DNA of 64,000 nt from Yuukianura sp. NJ FZ-2021 (taxonomy: Eukaryota): assembly GCA_046563655.1 (NCBI GenBank), contig CM102288.1, positions 6,262,001-6,326,000 of the forward strand, in the 5' to 3' direction. The notes under the pieces are model-generated. The model did not search any database, was not told the DNA's origin, and saw nothing but the letters and a program-made list of their open reading frames with translations. Of the stretch, positions 1-13,800 are shown one piece after another. Each line of letters starts with the position of its first letter. The stretch's first letter is position 1. A program made the position numbers and the translations under genes.

Positions 1-3000
1 ACTTCCGTACCCCTACACCCCTTTCAACAACCAATCACAAGTGGCCACTGGTGAACTCCGGTGGGACACTCCGTCAGAACCGAACGGAGTCATTCTGGGC
101 TATTTAGTTCACATGTGGAAGGGAAGGCAGAAAGTGTCAGAGTCATTTCCACAAGTGGATCTGCGCAGACTCAGTGCTCGAGTGACCAATTTGAGCAGAA
201 ATGCTACTTATCACTTTGGAGTTGAAGCTTATACGGACGGAGGAGTGGGGCGCATGAGCAGAAAAATTCAAGTGGAGATGCAAAATGGACAACTTCTGTC
301 CAAACTTATGTTGACAACAGGAGACAAAGTGGAGATTCTGGACGTTGATAGAAATGGAGTCGAACGACTAAGAACACGTAAGTTTTACACTTGTTCGATC
401 TAACAGTTTTAAATTTTGAAAGTTTTTCTTTGAAATTTTGAAAGTTTTTTAAAATTCTGATTTAACTAAAATTCTGACCTTTGACATTTTTCAGCGTACA
501 ATCCTCATACGGTAGCGTACTACGCTTTAGAGGAAACCTTGTTTTGCTTTGACGAAGGAAAGCATCTCTTCCGCTCACTGTTGAGAGGAGGAAACAAAAC
601 CCGGGTACTTTTTCAAAAAATGTCAAAAACAGAAAAATCAAAAAAGTTTGTTTTTTATTATATTTTATGCCTGCAGATTTATTACTAATGTTTTAGATGC
701 TGAGTTTGAATGAAGGTGTGGGTTCTAACTTGGTGGTGAACTGGATTTCCAGAAAGTTGTTCTGGATACGAGAATCGAAGGACAAGAAAGACCATTTTGC
801 CATTGACAGTTTGGATTTGGACAGAGTTGATGAAGGGCCCAAGGAACTTTTTAGTTCAAACAGTCTCATAGCAGCACTCGTCACGAATCCATTCACTAGG
901 TAAAAGTTTTAATTTATAGTATAAATTAATTGCTTTATATAAGTATTTATACAAAATAATTAATATATAATTTTTACATCTTTGAATTAGTTCTTTGGTT
1001 TGGACGAGCGTCGCACGCAATGGAATTGTATCTCTTCACTCAGCCTTGGACGATGGAACTTCTCACGCAAACTTTCTCAAAGGGACAGCGTAAGTTTTAT
1101 TTTAAAAAGTGTTAATTTTATCAAAATTTTATTAAAAAAAAACACACAAAATCTTAAAAATAATTTTTTCGTGATCTTAGAGGTTGCAATTGCAGTGGAG
1201 TCCATTCTGTGGGAGAACCGCTGACTTTGGATGTAAACGGACTGAGAGGGGGGCCTGGAAGAGGACTAGTTTTTACTCAACCTTCGTCCGGACTCATTTG
1301 GTTGGCAGACGAAGATGGCTGCAAGTGCATTCCTCTGTTAAATAGCACTGGAAGTGGACGACCTTGGCGGTTGGCTGCAGAGGTCAATGACCTCTACTGG
1401 ATTTCTGCTCAAGGTCACTCCCCCGATGGACTCTACGCTGGACACAAACTGGGACAATCTGGAACTACGCAACTCAGAACTGGAGTCATCACGGAAATCA
1501 GCTCAATCGGACCCAACACACAGCCTTTTCCAGGTTATTTTCCAATTTCAAATTCAAAATCGAAAAAACCTAAAAAAAAAAACGAAAAACTTCAGCAAAC
1601 TTTTAAACTTCAAATATCCGGCTCTTTTCTGCAAAGGGTGGAATTGGAACCTAAAAATCTGACGATTTTCGATTTTCAAGTTTTGGGAACTCGAATTCCA
1701 TTTTTTTTTTTTTTGGCTTTTCAGAACGAGATTGTTTGATTCCTGTGAAACTGGAAGTGGAAGAAGCAGTTTTACTGAACCGCACTGCGCATGTACTGAC
1801 TTTACGCCTTCCTGCTCCAGAAATTCAAAACTGTTCTCTGGACAAAGTAGTACTGCCGACTCCACTTTATTCAATCTACTACGCACGCGTAGATGACAAC
1901 GGACTCACGCCATGTACAAAAACGTCGCTTAGTCAATGCAATGTCCTGGAAAACGCAACTTCTCCAGCATCAATCCAGCATCTCGAACCATACACTTCCT
2001 ACACTCTCTTTTTCTCCGTTACAACTTACTATTCTAAGAGGGAGGGGCTTCCACCCCTTTTCTCCGCCCCCGTCGTCATGGCAACCGCCCCAGGAGCCCC
2101 CCTGCCCCCCACCCTCTTGGAAGCAGTCCCCCGCACCCCAACGTCATTGACTATCCGCTGGGCTCAACCAGAGAAGTTGAATGGGAGGAAGATTTGGTAC
2201 GCTGTGGAGTGGGAGGAGGCGGGGTCAAAGGGAGCAGCACCCAATCAGAAGTGGGCAGCAGCCGAGGGGGCGTGGTCTCAAAATGGAAGTGACCTTGAGC
2301 TGAACGTGACAAATTTAATGCCAGAGAAGAAGTATTCTGTGTGGGTCGTTGCTTATTCTGAACTGGGTGACGAATTTAGCAAGTCGGAGGTCAAGGTCAT
2401 CGGGACACTGGGGTCACCGAACAATGTCACTCTTGTTGGAGTCACGCCGCATGAGCTGACGGTGTCCTGGACAGCTCCAAACTCCAGTCACATCATCAAG
2501 TGAGTTTCAAGACGATTCCAAACAATTGCTTTTGATTGCGGTAAAATCTACCAAGTGTTTTTTAATTTGTGTCCAAGCCATTTATAAGAGCGCAACGGAG
2601 TTGGGTGGAGTTTGGATGGCGGGAACCAAAAATTTGAACGGTTGACTTTCCGCTGAGGTGACAAAGGTGTCCACATCTGGTCTTGGTTATTCTCATCCTT
2701 TTACTCATTCTTTTACTTAACTTTAGTTAATTGTTTTAAACTATTTATTAATGACGTTAATTGTTGAAACAATTGACTAAAGTTAAGTAAAAGAATGAGT
2801 AAAAGGATGAGAATAAACAAGACCAGATGTGGACACCTCTGTCACATCAGCTGAATAGTCAACCGTTCAAATTTTTGGTTCCCGCCATCCAAACTCCACC
2901 CAACTCCGTTGCGCTCTTATACATGGCTTGGACACAAATTAAAAAACACTTGGTAGTGCAGTAACTTACAAAAGTGATTTCTGAATCAGATTTTTTGCAG

Positions 3001-6000
3001 CAATAACACTACAGCTTCAATTGCAGTTTATTTTACCGTAATTCCAGGAAAATTTGGTTTGGTTTCACTGATGTTTACCCATTTTGAGATAAAGTAATTT
3101 TTCTCTTTTCTGCAAATGAATTTCTGCTGCAACAGGCCTGTTTTTCTGCAATTGAATTTCTGCTGCGAAAGGCCTTGTTTTCTGTATTGTTTTCTGTATT
3201 GTTTTCTGTATTACTTGAATTTTTTCCGCGATTTTATTTGTTGAAACATTTTCACTATTGCAGGAATGAATTTCTGCTGTATCAGCCTGTTTTTCTGTTT
3301 TACCGCAATATTCTCTGCAGTTGAATTTTTCCCAATTTTTTTTCTCAATTGTTGCAGGCATGAATTCATGTATCGAGAGGGTTGGTCTTCTACCTGGAAT
3401 GCCACTGGACTCCACAATTCAACTTGTGCTGGTTGTGTGTACAATGTGACTGTTGGTGACCTTCGACCTAAGACAACTTATGGATTCCGAGTGAAGACTT
3501 GGTATGGTGGTGACCCGTCCGAGTCCTTCCAGTGGCCATCCCAAGGTCAAGTGGAGCTGGAGACGCTGGCAGACAAGCCGGGGTCACCGGGCATTCCGAT
3601 TGTGCGTGGATTGGGCAGAGGGCGCTACGAAGTGAGTTGGACGAAGAGTGAAGACAACGGAGCACAAGTGGAGCTGTACTCACTCGAAGGCAGAATTCAA
3701 CCTCCCCTCAACAGTACTGGCAACAATACTCACAGAATTGCTCAAATTCCGACTCAGAATGGGCAAAGAAAGAAAAGAGACGATCGAGAAGTGGCTCAAA
3801 TGTATGTTGCTGCAGACTACGTTGAAGGCAGAGGAGCAATTCCGCCGTGGATAGTTTTGTACAACGGGACAGGTACGAATGCACTATACACACTGCAAAT
3901 TCATGTGAAATTGAAAAACCAAAGCAAAGTTGAGAAGAAACAAACGAATCAGTAACTATGCAATTGCGGAAATACAGGATCTCATTAGTATTGCAATACA
4001 TAACTTTACTTTTTACTTTTTCTAATTGATAAATTCTGTTTTTTAATTTTTTTTTAGAATGTCGTTGGGAAGTTGTTGGGTTGGATAGCACAGTTGAGGT
4101 GGAGTTTCGAGTTCGGTCGAGAAATGCTTATGGGTGGAGCGAGTACAGTCGATCCAGTGAAATCCAGTCTCTGGATGAACTGATGCTGCTGGTCGCAGAG
4201 CCACAAAATTTTGGAGTAGTTGTGGGCTTCGTCCTATTTGGAACTCTGGCTATCCTCGCATTTGCATCACTCTTCACTTACGGTAAGTTAAAACACTTTT
4301 CACTAAAACTTTCACTTCTTCGTCCAAATATTTAAATTTTTTGACAAGTACAAATTTTTTGACTTTTTCATTTCAGTTTTCCGGAAGCAACGAAAGGAAA
4401 AATCTGCCATGGAAGGAAGTCCTACTTCTGCACAGCGACGTGAAGTTGAATTGGCCACTTTGCGAGAACTTCCAGGCGGAGTTCACCAAAACAACATTTT
4501 GTATGCTGCCGACTTCCTTTTGGAATTCGATTCAGAAGATTTGGAAATGCACAAAGTCAAGAGGAGTCAAATCACTTTGCTCAAGCATCTTGGCAGTGGA
4601 GCTTTTGGAGATGTGTACGAAGGGTACGCAATCAACCTGAGACCAACAAACTCACCGCCTTCACTCGGATCCCGAGTGGCAATCAAGGTAATTTTTCAAA
4701 AAAAAAAATAATAATAAAAAAAATAAATTTTTTTTTTGAAAAAAAAAGTTTTTTGGAAATTGAGATCTGTGCATGTTTTTCTTCTCTTTTTCTTGCAATA
4801 TTTAGTCAAAAATGAAAATTTTGGTTTTTAGACGCTGCGAAAAAGTGCTACGGGCAAGGAGAAGTTGCAGTTTGTGGAAGAAGCTCGCCTGATGGCCCAG
4901 TTTCGGCATCCCCACATTCTGGAGTTGCTTGGAATCTGCTTAGACGCAGATCCGTGTCTTATTCTGGAACTAATGAGTGGTGGAGATCTGCTGTCCCACC
5001 TTAGATCCACCAGAGCCCCACCGAGACAGAGCCACCAAAGAGCCACCATAAGCCTAAGTGAGTTGCTGGACATGGCTGTCCAAGTGGCGCATGGCTGTGT
5101 CTATTTGGAGGAGAAGCACTTTGTTCACAGGGATTTGGCAGCTAGGAATTGTCTGGTGCGGTTGGATGCTCATGCGCAGAGAGGAATTCACCGAGTAGTG
5201 AAAATCGGGGATTTCGGACTTGCTCGGGACGTTTATAGAAACGACTACTACCGAAAGGAAGGCGAAGGTTTGCTGCCTGTCCGCTGGATGGCACCAGAGG
5301 TACGACGCCTAAAAAATCTTTGGCGAGTTTCTAGAAAATCGTCGAAATTCCAAGACAATCGTTAGATTTCCAACAAAATCCTCTGATTTATAACAAAATC
5401 TTAAGATTTCCAACAAAATCCTCAGATTTTCAACAGAATCGTCCGATTTCCAACAAAATCCTAAAATTTTCAACAAAATCATCAGATTTTCAACGAAATC
5501 GCTAGATTTTTAAAAAAGTGAACCAACTTTTAACAAAATCTTCGGCAAGTTTCTAGAAAACCATCTGATTTTATGATTTTTAGCAAAATCCGTCAACTTT
5601 CAACAAACGCTGCTAAAAATCTTGACTTTTTTTTTGTTTCAGTCTCTGGTTGATGGCGTTTTTACGACGCAGTCTGACGTGTGGTCGTTTGGCGTTCTCC
5701 TGTGGGAAATCATGACTTTGGGTCAACAGCCTTACCCTGCAAGGTCAAATGTGGAAGTGCTCAACTACGTCAGGATGGGCGGACGACTAGGCGAACCTAC
5801 CAACTCACCTCCACCTCTGTAAACTCAAATTTTCAAAATTTTAAACTTGTTTGGGTTCCAAAATTTTAAGAATTTTGCATTTTTTTAAACAATTTTTTTT
5901 TATGTTTTCCAGAACTTGGCTGATGTTCCGCTGCTGGGAGTTTGAGCCGCAGAACAGGCCGACGTTCAAAGAATGTCTCCAGCATTTACTCACACTTGCA

Positions 6001-6697
6001 CAGACACATTCCGAAAATGACCAATCAGAACACACTTCAAGCGACAATGTCGCTCCGTCCTATCAAAATACAATGGGCATCAGGGATATCGAAGGTCACC
6101 CAGGTAAAATTGACATAACATCAAATCTAAAATCTAAAATTTAAATTTTTTTCAAATTTTGAAGATTTTGAAGTTGAGCTGGAAGGTCAAGATTGTGCCG
6201 TGTTTGGCCAAAATGGTCAAGAAGCAGAGTCGCTCCAAAACGAGCTGTACGCTACTCAGGAAACTACGTTCCCAAAGTACCTCGAAGTGGTGGGATGCTG
6301 GACTCCACCCCCACCAACCACGCCCCTCCCCCTCCAAGTGAACGATGGCTATGAAATCCCCCTGAAGCCTCTCCCCCTCGGCCTCCCCTCCCCACCCCCT
6401 TACCCCCCTCTCGCCCCCCGCAGAGAATACTACGACAGAAGAGTTGGGACTGAACGCAGGAATCTGCTCGGATCCACCACTTCAGAGGATTCGGCAGACC
6501 TAAGGTGGAGACCGGAACTGGATTCGGCACAGTTTCGGACGGATCCGGGAAATTTCCGGTCCGAATTGGATCCCGGTCACTTCCGGACGGAAGTTGACAT
6601 GGAAGAAAGTACAAACGAAGAATACGAGGACGAATGTTCGTCCTATGGAAGACTGGAGGGGATGCACTGGAGAAGGCCCCTCAGAGCCATAGACTAA
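1..6697 (+). CDS. sev: Sevenless/ROS1-family receptor tyrosine kinase, multi-exon, 5' part outside the window
   Basis: FN3 repeats (41-377, 1736-2500, 3358-3872), YWTD-like propeller exons and a TM segment ([22 protein letters not shown], ~4210-4280). Kinase motifs [51 protein letters not shown] (ROS/Sev-type activation loop) and SDVWSFG. Stop at 6697. Confidence 0.9.
2548..2956. mobile_element. Foldback/MITE-like palindrome of about 410 bp in a sev intron
   Basis: Left arm ctaccaagtgttttttaatttgtgtccaagcca... is the reverse complement of right arm ...tggcttggacacaaattaaaaaacacttggtag over about 190 bp with few mismatches and a short AT-rich centre. Confidence 0.85.
5335..5610. repeat. Degenerate ~20-bp minisatellite in a sev intron
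   Basis: Recurrent caacaaaatcNtcagattt(t/c) units. Confidence 0.7.
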
Positions 6698-7124
6698 AAA
6701 AACTAAAATCATCACAAAAACAAAGTTACCATAACTTAAGTTTAATTGTTTCATTATCTAGTAACCCTTCTGAAATGGTTACTATTAATGATTACCAAAT
6801 TAGTTACTCGAAGGTTACCAAAAGAACTTTCCCAAAAGTTGTTACTCATTCCCTAACTATTCATTCGCTAAAGCCTATATTTCATACGTTTCCTACAAAG
6901 TACACTTACATAACCTTACATAAACTTTCATAAAAGGTAAACTTGAAAAGTAAAGCTATTAGTCACGAGTTTGATCTCTAAAAACTTCTGCTGCAAGATA
7001 AAATCACAAATTATTTTTCAATTTGCGACTTCGCTAAAACTGATTAAAATTAAAAATTGGTTAAAATTATTAAAACTTAACCTAATTAGTTAAAACCCGC
7101 TTACTGATAAAATGAAATGTTTGA

Positions 7125-8692
7125 CTAGAAATTGTTTCCTCTGCGGTCAGTACGAGAGCATGTCTCTTCTGGATTCCAAGGAAGTGTGAATTTTCTGTGA
7201 AATGAAACAGATTTAAAAGTCAGTTAAATGTACTTGGTTAGTTTAACGTAGTTGTTTGAGAAGTATTGGTTACTCTGGAGGAAATGCTGGCAGTAGTGTT
7301 CCGAAGACGTTGATTGGTACTTGGTCCTCCACTTGCAGAAAAAGCGCCTCCTTCGGATTCGGATGGAACGGCTCAATCCAAGCTAAATCGTCCCATCCGT
7401 CTTTTCTGCAAAAAATAAAAGTTTTTAAAAAAATCCAAACTTTTAGTAAAAGTGAATATTTTTTACTTACGCTGGTTTTCTGGTTCCAGCTTTGCAAGAT
7501 CGCTTCCTGCTCTCAGCCCGTTGTGCTAATCGTTCCTTAAGTTGCTCCACGTATTCCTCTTCCCGCGTTTTCTGAGCGTCCCACCGCTTCCTTCGTTTCT
7601 CAGCCTCTTCGGCCTTGAAATGTCGCCGCAAGTAAATGTCGTCGTCCAGGTCCTCCGTCCAGCATGCGAGTCGCGACGGGTCAACTTTCTTGGTTCGCCA
7701 ACTTGGAACCTACAAAAACAAAATTTTAGCTAAAAAAGTAAAAATTAAAAAAAAAATTTTTTTTTAGATATCCACCTCGATGTTTCCTGAAAGAATGTCG
7801 CTTCCCACTTCCTCCAATCCAACTTGCTTAAAAATTGATGGCGGAATGAGCAACTCTGGATCAAGCGTCGAAACGTAGTTTTCCTCCAGATGAAATTCGA
7901 TTCTCGGCTGACCTGAAACGTTTTCGGTTTCCTCCATCGATTTTCTTTCCACCTTTTCATGTTTAATCGTAGCTTGCTGAAAAGTTTCCACTTTGTTTTT
8001 GCCTTGTCGATTGCGTCTCGGAATAAAATCTCTTGTGGGGACAAGATCTTCGGGCAGAGCAGAAGCCCTTGTTTTCCTAATCGCAGGATTCAACTTCCTG
8101 GATTTGAAAATGTTGTTTTGCTGCGGAAGCGGTTTCACTCTACTGAAGGAATTCAGATTCAATTGACGACGAACTCTATACGTTCGGATTATGTTGTGCA
8201 TCGGCCTAAAGCGGGACTTTGGTCTTGACCTTCTGCAGCGGATTGGCTGACATTCGGATTCCGACGATTCCGAGGAAGAGTGACGACTTTGAAAATCGTC
8301 GTTTCCGTAACGTCGTGTCCGGAGACCGTCCACTTCCCTGGCCAGCTAGAAATAGGAACAACAGAAACGTTATCTTATTCAGACCTTATGCTAAAATTGA
8401 AAGTGAAATGTAACCTAACCTGTTGATTTCTGATAGAAAGTCGTTTGACGATCTCGTCGTTTTTCCGTAGCATATTCGTTTGAATGTCAATTATCCTGAG
8501 TTGCTTCGTCAAAACGCTGCTCCAGAGGAGGTCCCTTACGGACATTGGTGGGGTCAAGGGACCTCGTACTGCCAATCTTCCATTTCTCGGTGGCTCCGCG
8601 GCTCGTCTAAGTCTCAACGTGAATCGTTGAACAGCCAACGAAATTGCATGTCGCACTTCCATGTGCCTTCCAGTGTATGCTCCTTCCTGCAT
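7125..8692 (-). CDS. MSL1: MSL1-like protein (male-specific lethal 1 homologue, C-terminal PEHE domain), multi-exon
   Basis: Minus-strand exon ~7471-7709, missed by the ORF track, reads VPSWRTKK...EDLDDDIYLRRHFKAEEAEKRRKRWDAQKTRE. It is followed by ...FHPNPKEALFLQVEDQVPINVFGTLLPAFPPE|KFTLPW, matching the MSL1 PEHE signature (VPSWR...H...E.RRKRWD...FG..LP....F.LPW). The start codon is uncertain. Confidence 0.8.
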
Positions 8693-9206
8693 GTTCAACT
8701 CTTAACTGCACAACTGTAAAACTTTTAGTAGTTATAAACAATCGATTAAAAAATAGTACCTGATTCTGTGTTACCTTCTGTGGCGGCTTCTGCAACGCAA
8801 ATAAAAAAAAAGGGCTGACTAAAAAGCAGAATTTATGCGAATTTCTTCGGTCGCAAGAACGATTTAATCAAGAAAAGCTGCGAAATTGTGGAGCCGGAAA
8901 ACAACGGCTTTGGATATGTTAGGTCGTTTTAGTGTTACGTTTAGCCCAAGGTAGATAAAACAATACTTTGAATAAAACAATAAAACAATACAATCTTGGG
9001 AACCTTACCCTCAGGAAAAGATCTTTACGAGTTATTCATGACTTATTGAATTCTAACTTAAATCCTACTTCTTTTCTCAACCTGCCTTTGGCAGGTGACT
9101 GTGAAAAAATTCGATAAATAAATAATTTAAAAAAAAAAATACTTTGAATCCTAATAAGACTCAATTTTATTTTATTATAAAAGCAAAGAAAAAAAGTCAC
9201 GATTAA

Positions 9207-10303
9207 CTTTTTGAGGCCTGTTGACAACTTTTGTCGCAAAAGTTTGGTTGCATAAGAGCCGGTGGTCGACTTCAGTTGCAAAATTTTACAACCTTGACAA
9301 CCGGCAGACGACTTTTGTCAAAAGTTTGTTTGTCGCTTAGGGCCTGAAGACGACTTTTGTCGTTTTTTTTTTGCAAGACGTTGGGGACGGTTGACGACTA
9401 TAGTCGTCAGAATTTTTCTATTTTACTCTATTTGGAATTGGAATTTTTCAAAATTCCAAAAAGTGTACAAGTGAATTTGTCAAAATTTTGTCACGTCAAA
9501 AAGTTAGAGAACATTTGAATTTTTCACGAGACCAACATTTCAAGACGGTAGAGTTACGCGTGAATCCTCGGCAAGGCAAATATATCCAAAAGTTGAATTT
9601 CAGCTGAATTTTTCAAAATTCCAAATCCTCAAAAAGTAAGTGTACAAGTGAATTTTTAAAAATTTGGTCACGTCAAAAAGTTAGAGAACAGGTCAATTTT
9701 TTCACGAGACCAACATTTCAAGACGGTAGAGTACGCGTGAATCCTCGGCAAGGCAAATATATCCAAAAGTTGAATTTCAGCTGAATTTTTCAAAATTCCA
9801 AATCCTCAAAAAGTAAGTGTACAAGTGAGTTTTTAAAAATTTGGTCACGTCAAAAAGTTAGAGAACAGGTCAATTTTTTCACGAGACCAACATTTCAAGA
9901 CGGTAGAGTACGCGTGAATCCTCGGCAAGGCAAATATATCCAAAAGTTGAATTTCAGCTGAATTTTTCAAAATTCCAATTCCTCAAAATTCGTCAATAGT
10001 TTTACCACACAATGCGAAGGCTACCTGGAGGTAAAAAATAATGGGTCGAAAAGTGTTTTAGGTATTGTCAATCGTCACGGAATTATGATTTATAACTTCT
10101 TCGTTATATGACTAGGCTTTTCGGAAAATAAAATGTTCGGAATTATATTTGTCAAAATTCAGGCTCCTGTCACTTATTTCTAAATTTTTAATTAATCCTG
10201 CGCATCCGAATCAAAAAATTATTTTGCTTCAACTGTGGAAACCAAAATAATTTATGGTCGCCTACTAAATAAACAATCGCTGGCGTAAACAGGCCTCAAA
10301 AGG
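9207..10303. mobile_element. Non-autonomous piggyBac-like element (TTAA target site, ~19-bp TIRs) carrying an internal tandem array
   Basis: TTAA(9203-9206)-ctttttgaggcctgttgac ... gtaaacaggcctcaaaagg-TTAA(10304-10307). The termini are reverse complements with 2 mismatches; there is no transposase ORF. Confidence 0.7.
9445..9985. repeat. Tandem repeat, 177-bp unit x3
   Basis: gtgtacaagtg recurs at 9463, 9640 and 9817; the units are nearly identical. Confidence 0.9.
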
Positions 10304-10562
10304 TTAAGCTAACAAATTCCTAAAGATGTACTTTCCTTATTTATGAGAAATTGAAATTTTTCAAAGCATTGTTTTTTAAAACACCATCACACCTTCTAAT
10401 TTTCCACAGTAGGAATTTTGGAAAAAGTCAAGGTTAGCTAAAAAATTTCCAAAAATGTATTTTCCTTATTCATGAAAAATTGAAATTTTTCAAAATATTG
10501 ATTTTTCAAAACAATACCACATCTTCTAAAATTCTACAGGAGGAATATTTTGGAAAAAGCCT
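10304..10562 (-). repeat. Two degenerate copies of the ~131-bp repeat family also found in the acyltransferase intron (opposite orientation)
   Basis: Reverse complement of ...catcacaccttctaattttcc...ggaaaaagtcaagg resembles cctgactttttccaaaag...ttagaaggtgtgatg at 30960-31480. Confidence 0.65.
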
Positions 10563-10801
10563 GTAGGAAAATTCCTTCATCAAGAGGCATTTTGTGCCTC
10601 TTTTTTGAGCAAGAGACAATTTCGGAGTTTTCCGAGGATAAGACAGTACCCTAAAAAAAAAAACAAAAACAAGAAACATTTAGCTGTCATTGGCCTCCGT
10701 CAGCTGTCCGTCCGTGTCTATGCTTTTCCCATCGTCAATCCTTAATCGATTAAGCAATCAGTGATTTAATTCATGAAACTATAAATTAGAGGATAGGAGA
10801 C

Positions 10802-13800
10802 ATGGACCACAGACCTCTTATAACATGTAAGTCCACTTCTAAATTGGGAGCTCCAGTCATTTTATCGCTAAGATTAACCACGATTTACAGTAAATTCGAC
10901 TGGGAAACGTTTTTGTTTCTAGATGCTGGAGACATGAGTGTGTTCCAGGCGATTGCGCCGAGTCTGCAGAAGGAAATGGGTGGTGAGGCAGTTGACTGGA
11001 GAAGAGCCTACGGAAGACCAACGAAACACGTCCATCTTCATCCCAGGTTCATTCCATTTGAACCCACGTCCAGCACAGGTCAGGAAGAGGTCACTGGATC
11101 TAACGCTGTGCTGAATACACTCTTGGACCAATCCATGCTCCACACTTTCTGGACGGATTGCTCGGTAAAACCTAGTTCCATTTCATGTTGTCGTAACATA
11201 GCCATATACTTTACTTAATCTCACGATTTTGAAACGTTTTTAGGACGTTGAAGTGTATCGGACGACCACCAAGGACATGATCCAGAGTTGGTTAAACGAA
11301 GTGAAGAGTTGTAACATTCGGGATTGGCTGGTAGTGCTGGTGGAAGCACCGGAGAACAAGAAGGCCAAGCAACTCCTTCCGCGGACGTCTGTTTTGGACA
11401 AAATCAAAAGTGACTTTGCTCAGAAGCAAGTGGAGCGCTGTATTGCTCTATCGGATCCTACGAAACTGGATTCCAAAAGTGCGGAATCGCTGAACGCTGT
11501 TTTGCATCGTCTCCGCTCTCTTATCCTCACTTCTTACTCCAAAACACTGACAAAGTTCGAGGAGAACATGAGAGCGCAGCGGGAGAAACGAAACGAACCG
11601 GGATGGAACTTTTGTCACTACTTTCTCCTCCAAGTAAGTCCGCTTCGATAACTTTACCTTAATTTTCAATTAGTTTAGAGATTGATTATAACTAACTTAA
11701 CTTTTGTGGTAGGAAGAGCTGGCTTTTGTGCTGGAGATGATGGAAATCTACGAGGAAGCTCTTGTGCAGTACGACGAACTTGACGCTCTTTTTACTCAGT
11801 TCGTACTCAATTCACATCTTACAGGTAACATTATTGAATCCGAAGATTCCGAGGATTAGTCAGTCCCGATGTTAATCACATTAAGGGGAGACAGCAGGTC
11901 AATAAAAATAACGCCAAATAACGTTTTGTAGACATGGCAACGACTGAGAATTGAGAAATGCCACATTACGTAATCATGCAAAACCCGGACGGGTGGATTC
12001 TTAACGATTGAAATTTTGCACAACTCATTCTAACTTGCGAATCACTGCGTTGGATTTCAAATTTGAGGCTCCTTCGCGGGTTTTTCTAAATGGATATGGC
12101 GAAGTGGATGAGCCACTTCTGAGACTCAATTCTCAGGTCGCCCCAACTCTTAGTGACGTAATGCGAAATAATAAATTGTAAACAAGAAATTCGTGAACTC
12201 TGACCCAATCTTCTGGTGCAATTTCTGAATGATTGGTTAGGCGCTCAAAAAACTACGACCACAGTTTTCGCATTAGCACACGCTGATCAGCAAAACATCG
12301 GACAAGTAGGTGACGAAAAGAGTACCCTTCGCCCAGAAAACCTAGTTTTTCTGGATTTTCCCGAGGATTTCAGAAACATTTTCTGGAAAACCTAAGTTTT
12401 CTGGACGAAGGGTACTGTTTTCGTCACCTAGCTGTCCGATGTTTTGATCATCAGCGTGTGCTACTGCGAAAAGTGTGGTCGTAGTTTTTTGAGCGCCTAA
12501 CCAATCATACAGGAGATGCACCAGAAGTCTTATGGGAAATTGCGTTTAAGCGAATCTGTCCATCCTAATCTTAACTTTTACAGGTTGCACATGGCTTGAG
12601 AGTGCAAAAAAATTTAATGTCAATAATCACAGATGATGGAATGGAATCTGAAGGTTTAACACAGCATTAGTCTAACACAATATGTTTTGATTGTTTCAGA
12701 CACTCCGCAGTGGCTGTTGTCGTTTCAGCGATCAGGTGACCAGTGGCCAGCACTTTCACTGTCGACATCAGCATCTTCCACGGCCTTATTGCAAGAAGTG
12801 AGACAAAAGATAAGGAATTCCACGGTATCGCTGCTTCCGTTCCGCAACTACTTATTTGCTCGTCAAGCGTCGTTGCTTGTCAAGCAGAAGAGAATCAACG
12901 AACTGGCACAGCGATCTCTATCGTTTCTGCACAATGCTATCAATGAACTTTCAATTCTTGACGTCACATTTACTGAAGTGGGTGCTACAAGTGCCTGGGT
13001 GCTGGTGTCTGCCCTTGAAATACTTGGCACTATTTGTGGTCATGGTCAAGCATCGGCAGTACATACTGCTGGAACTGTCGTTGGATCGGGCGACCACTCT
13101 GCCAATGTCGCCATGTCATCAGCTGATTTCTCAGTTCACACTGCCAGTCTCTGGGATTATGCTAGGGAAAAGGTAAGAACGTCAAAGCAACAAAAATTTA
13201 GAGGGAAAAAAAAAACGATTTTTTTTTGAAATTTTGAAATTTCAAAACGTATTGAGTTTGTGTTCGTTTTTTTTAGCTGTACGAGTTGGGAAAACTGTGC
13301 GAATTGCTTCCGCAGAGTCAGCCGAAGAGTGACCACCTTCACAAAGTCATCAGTCTCGCTGCCGGTCTTGGAACTGTTGAACCAGACGCACCAAAATCAG
13401 CGATTTTAGGCAAAAACAGCGCTGGACATCGCTTGACGCCAGAAGAATTCCTTAGTATCCAAATCCTCGTGACGCCAATCGAAAAACTCAAAAACGCTCT
13501 GTCTTCCAAAGATCAGTTCCAAACGCATTATCTGGTAATTTTGGTTACATAACTTACATGATTACATGATTTTACATAACTTACATAATTATGTGCTTAC
13601 ACAACTTACATCTTCGCAGGAACTTTGTGAGTTGGCGATGGGGACTTACAAGCACATTGGCAGAATTCGGTCTGCAAGAAAAGTTGGTCTGAGCTTAGCA
13701 TTGTATTATATGGAGGGAGATGAGCATCAGAAAGCAGTCGGATTTCTGACGGATGCTCTCAAGACTTTCAGAGATGAAAAATGGAATGTGCTGGTGGTGG

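Noticed and set aside
9445..9985. CRISPR-like array (also considered for 30960-31480 and 46700-46796)
   Set aside because: These are head-to-tail repeats without unique spacers, there are no cas genes, and the context is eukaryotic.
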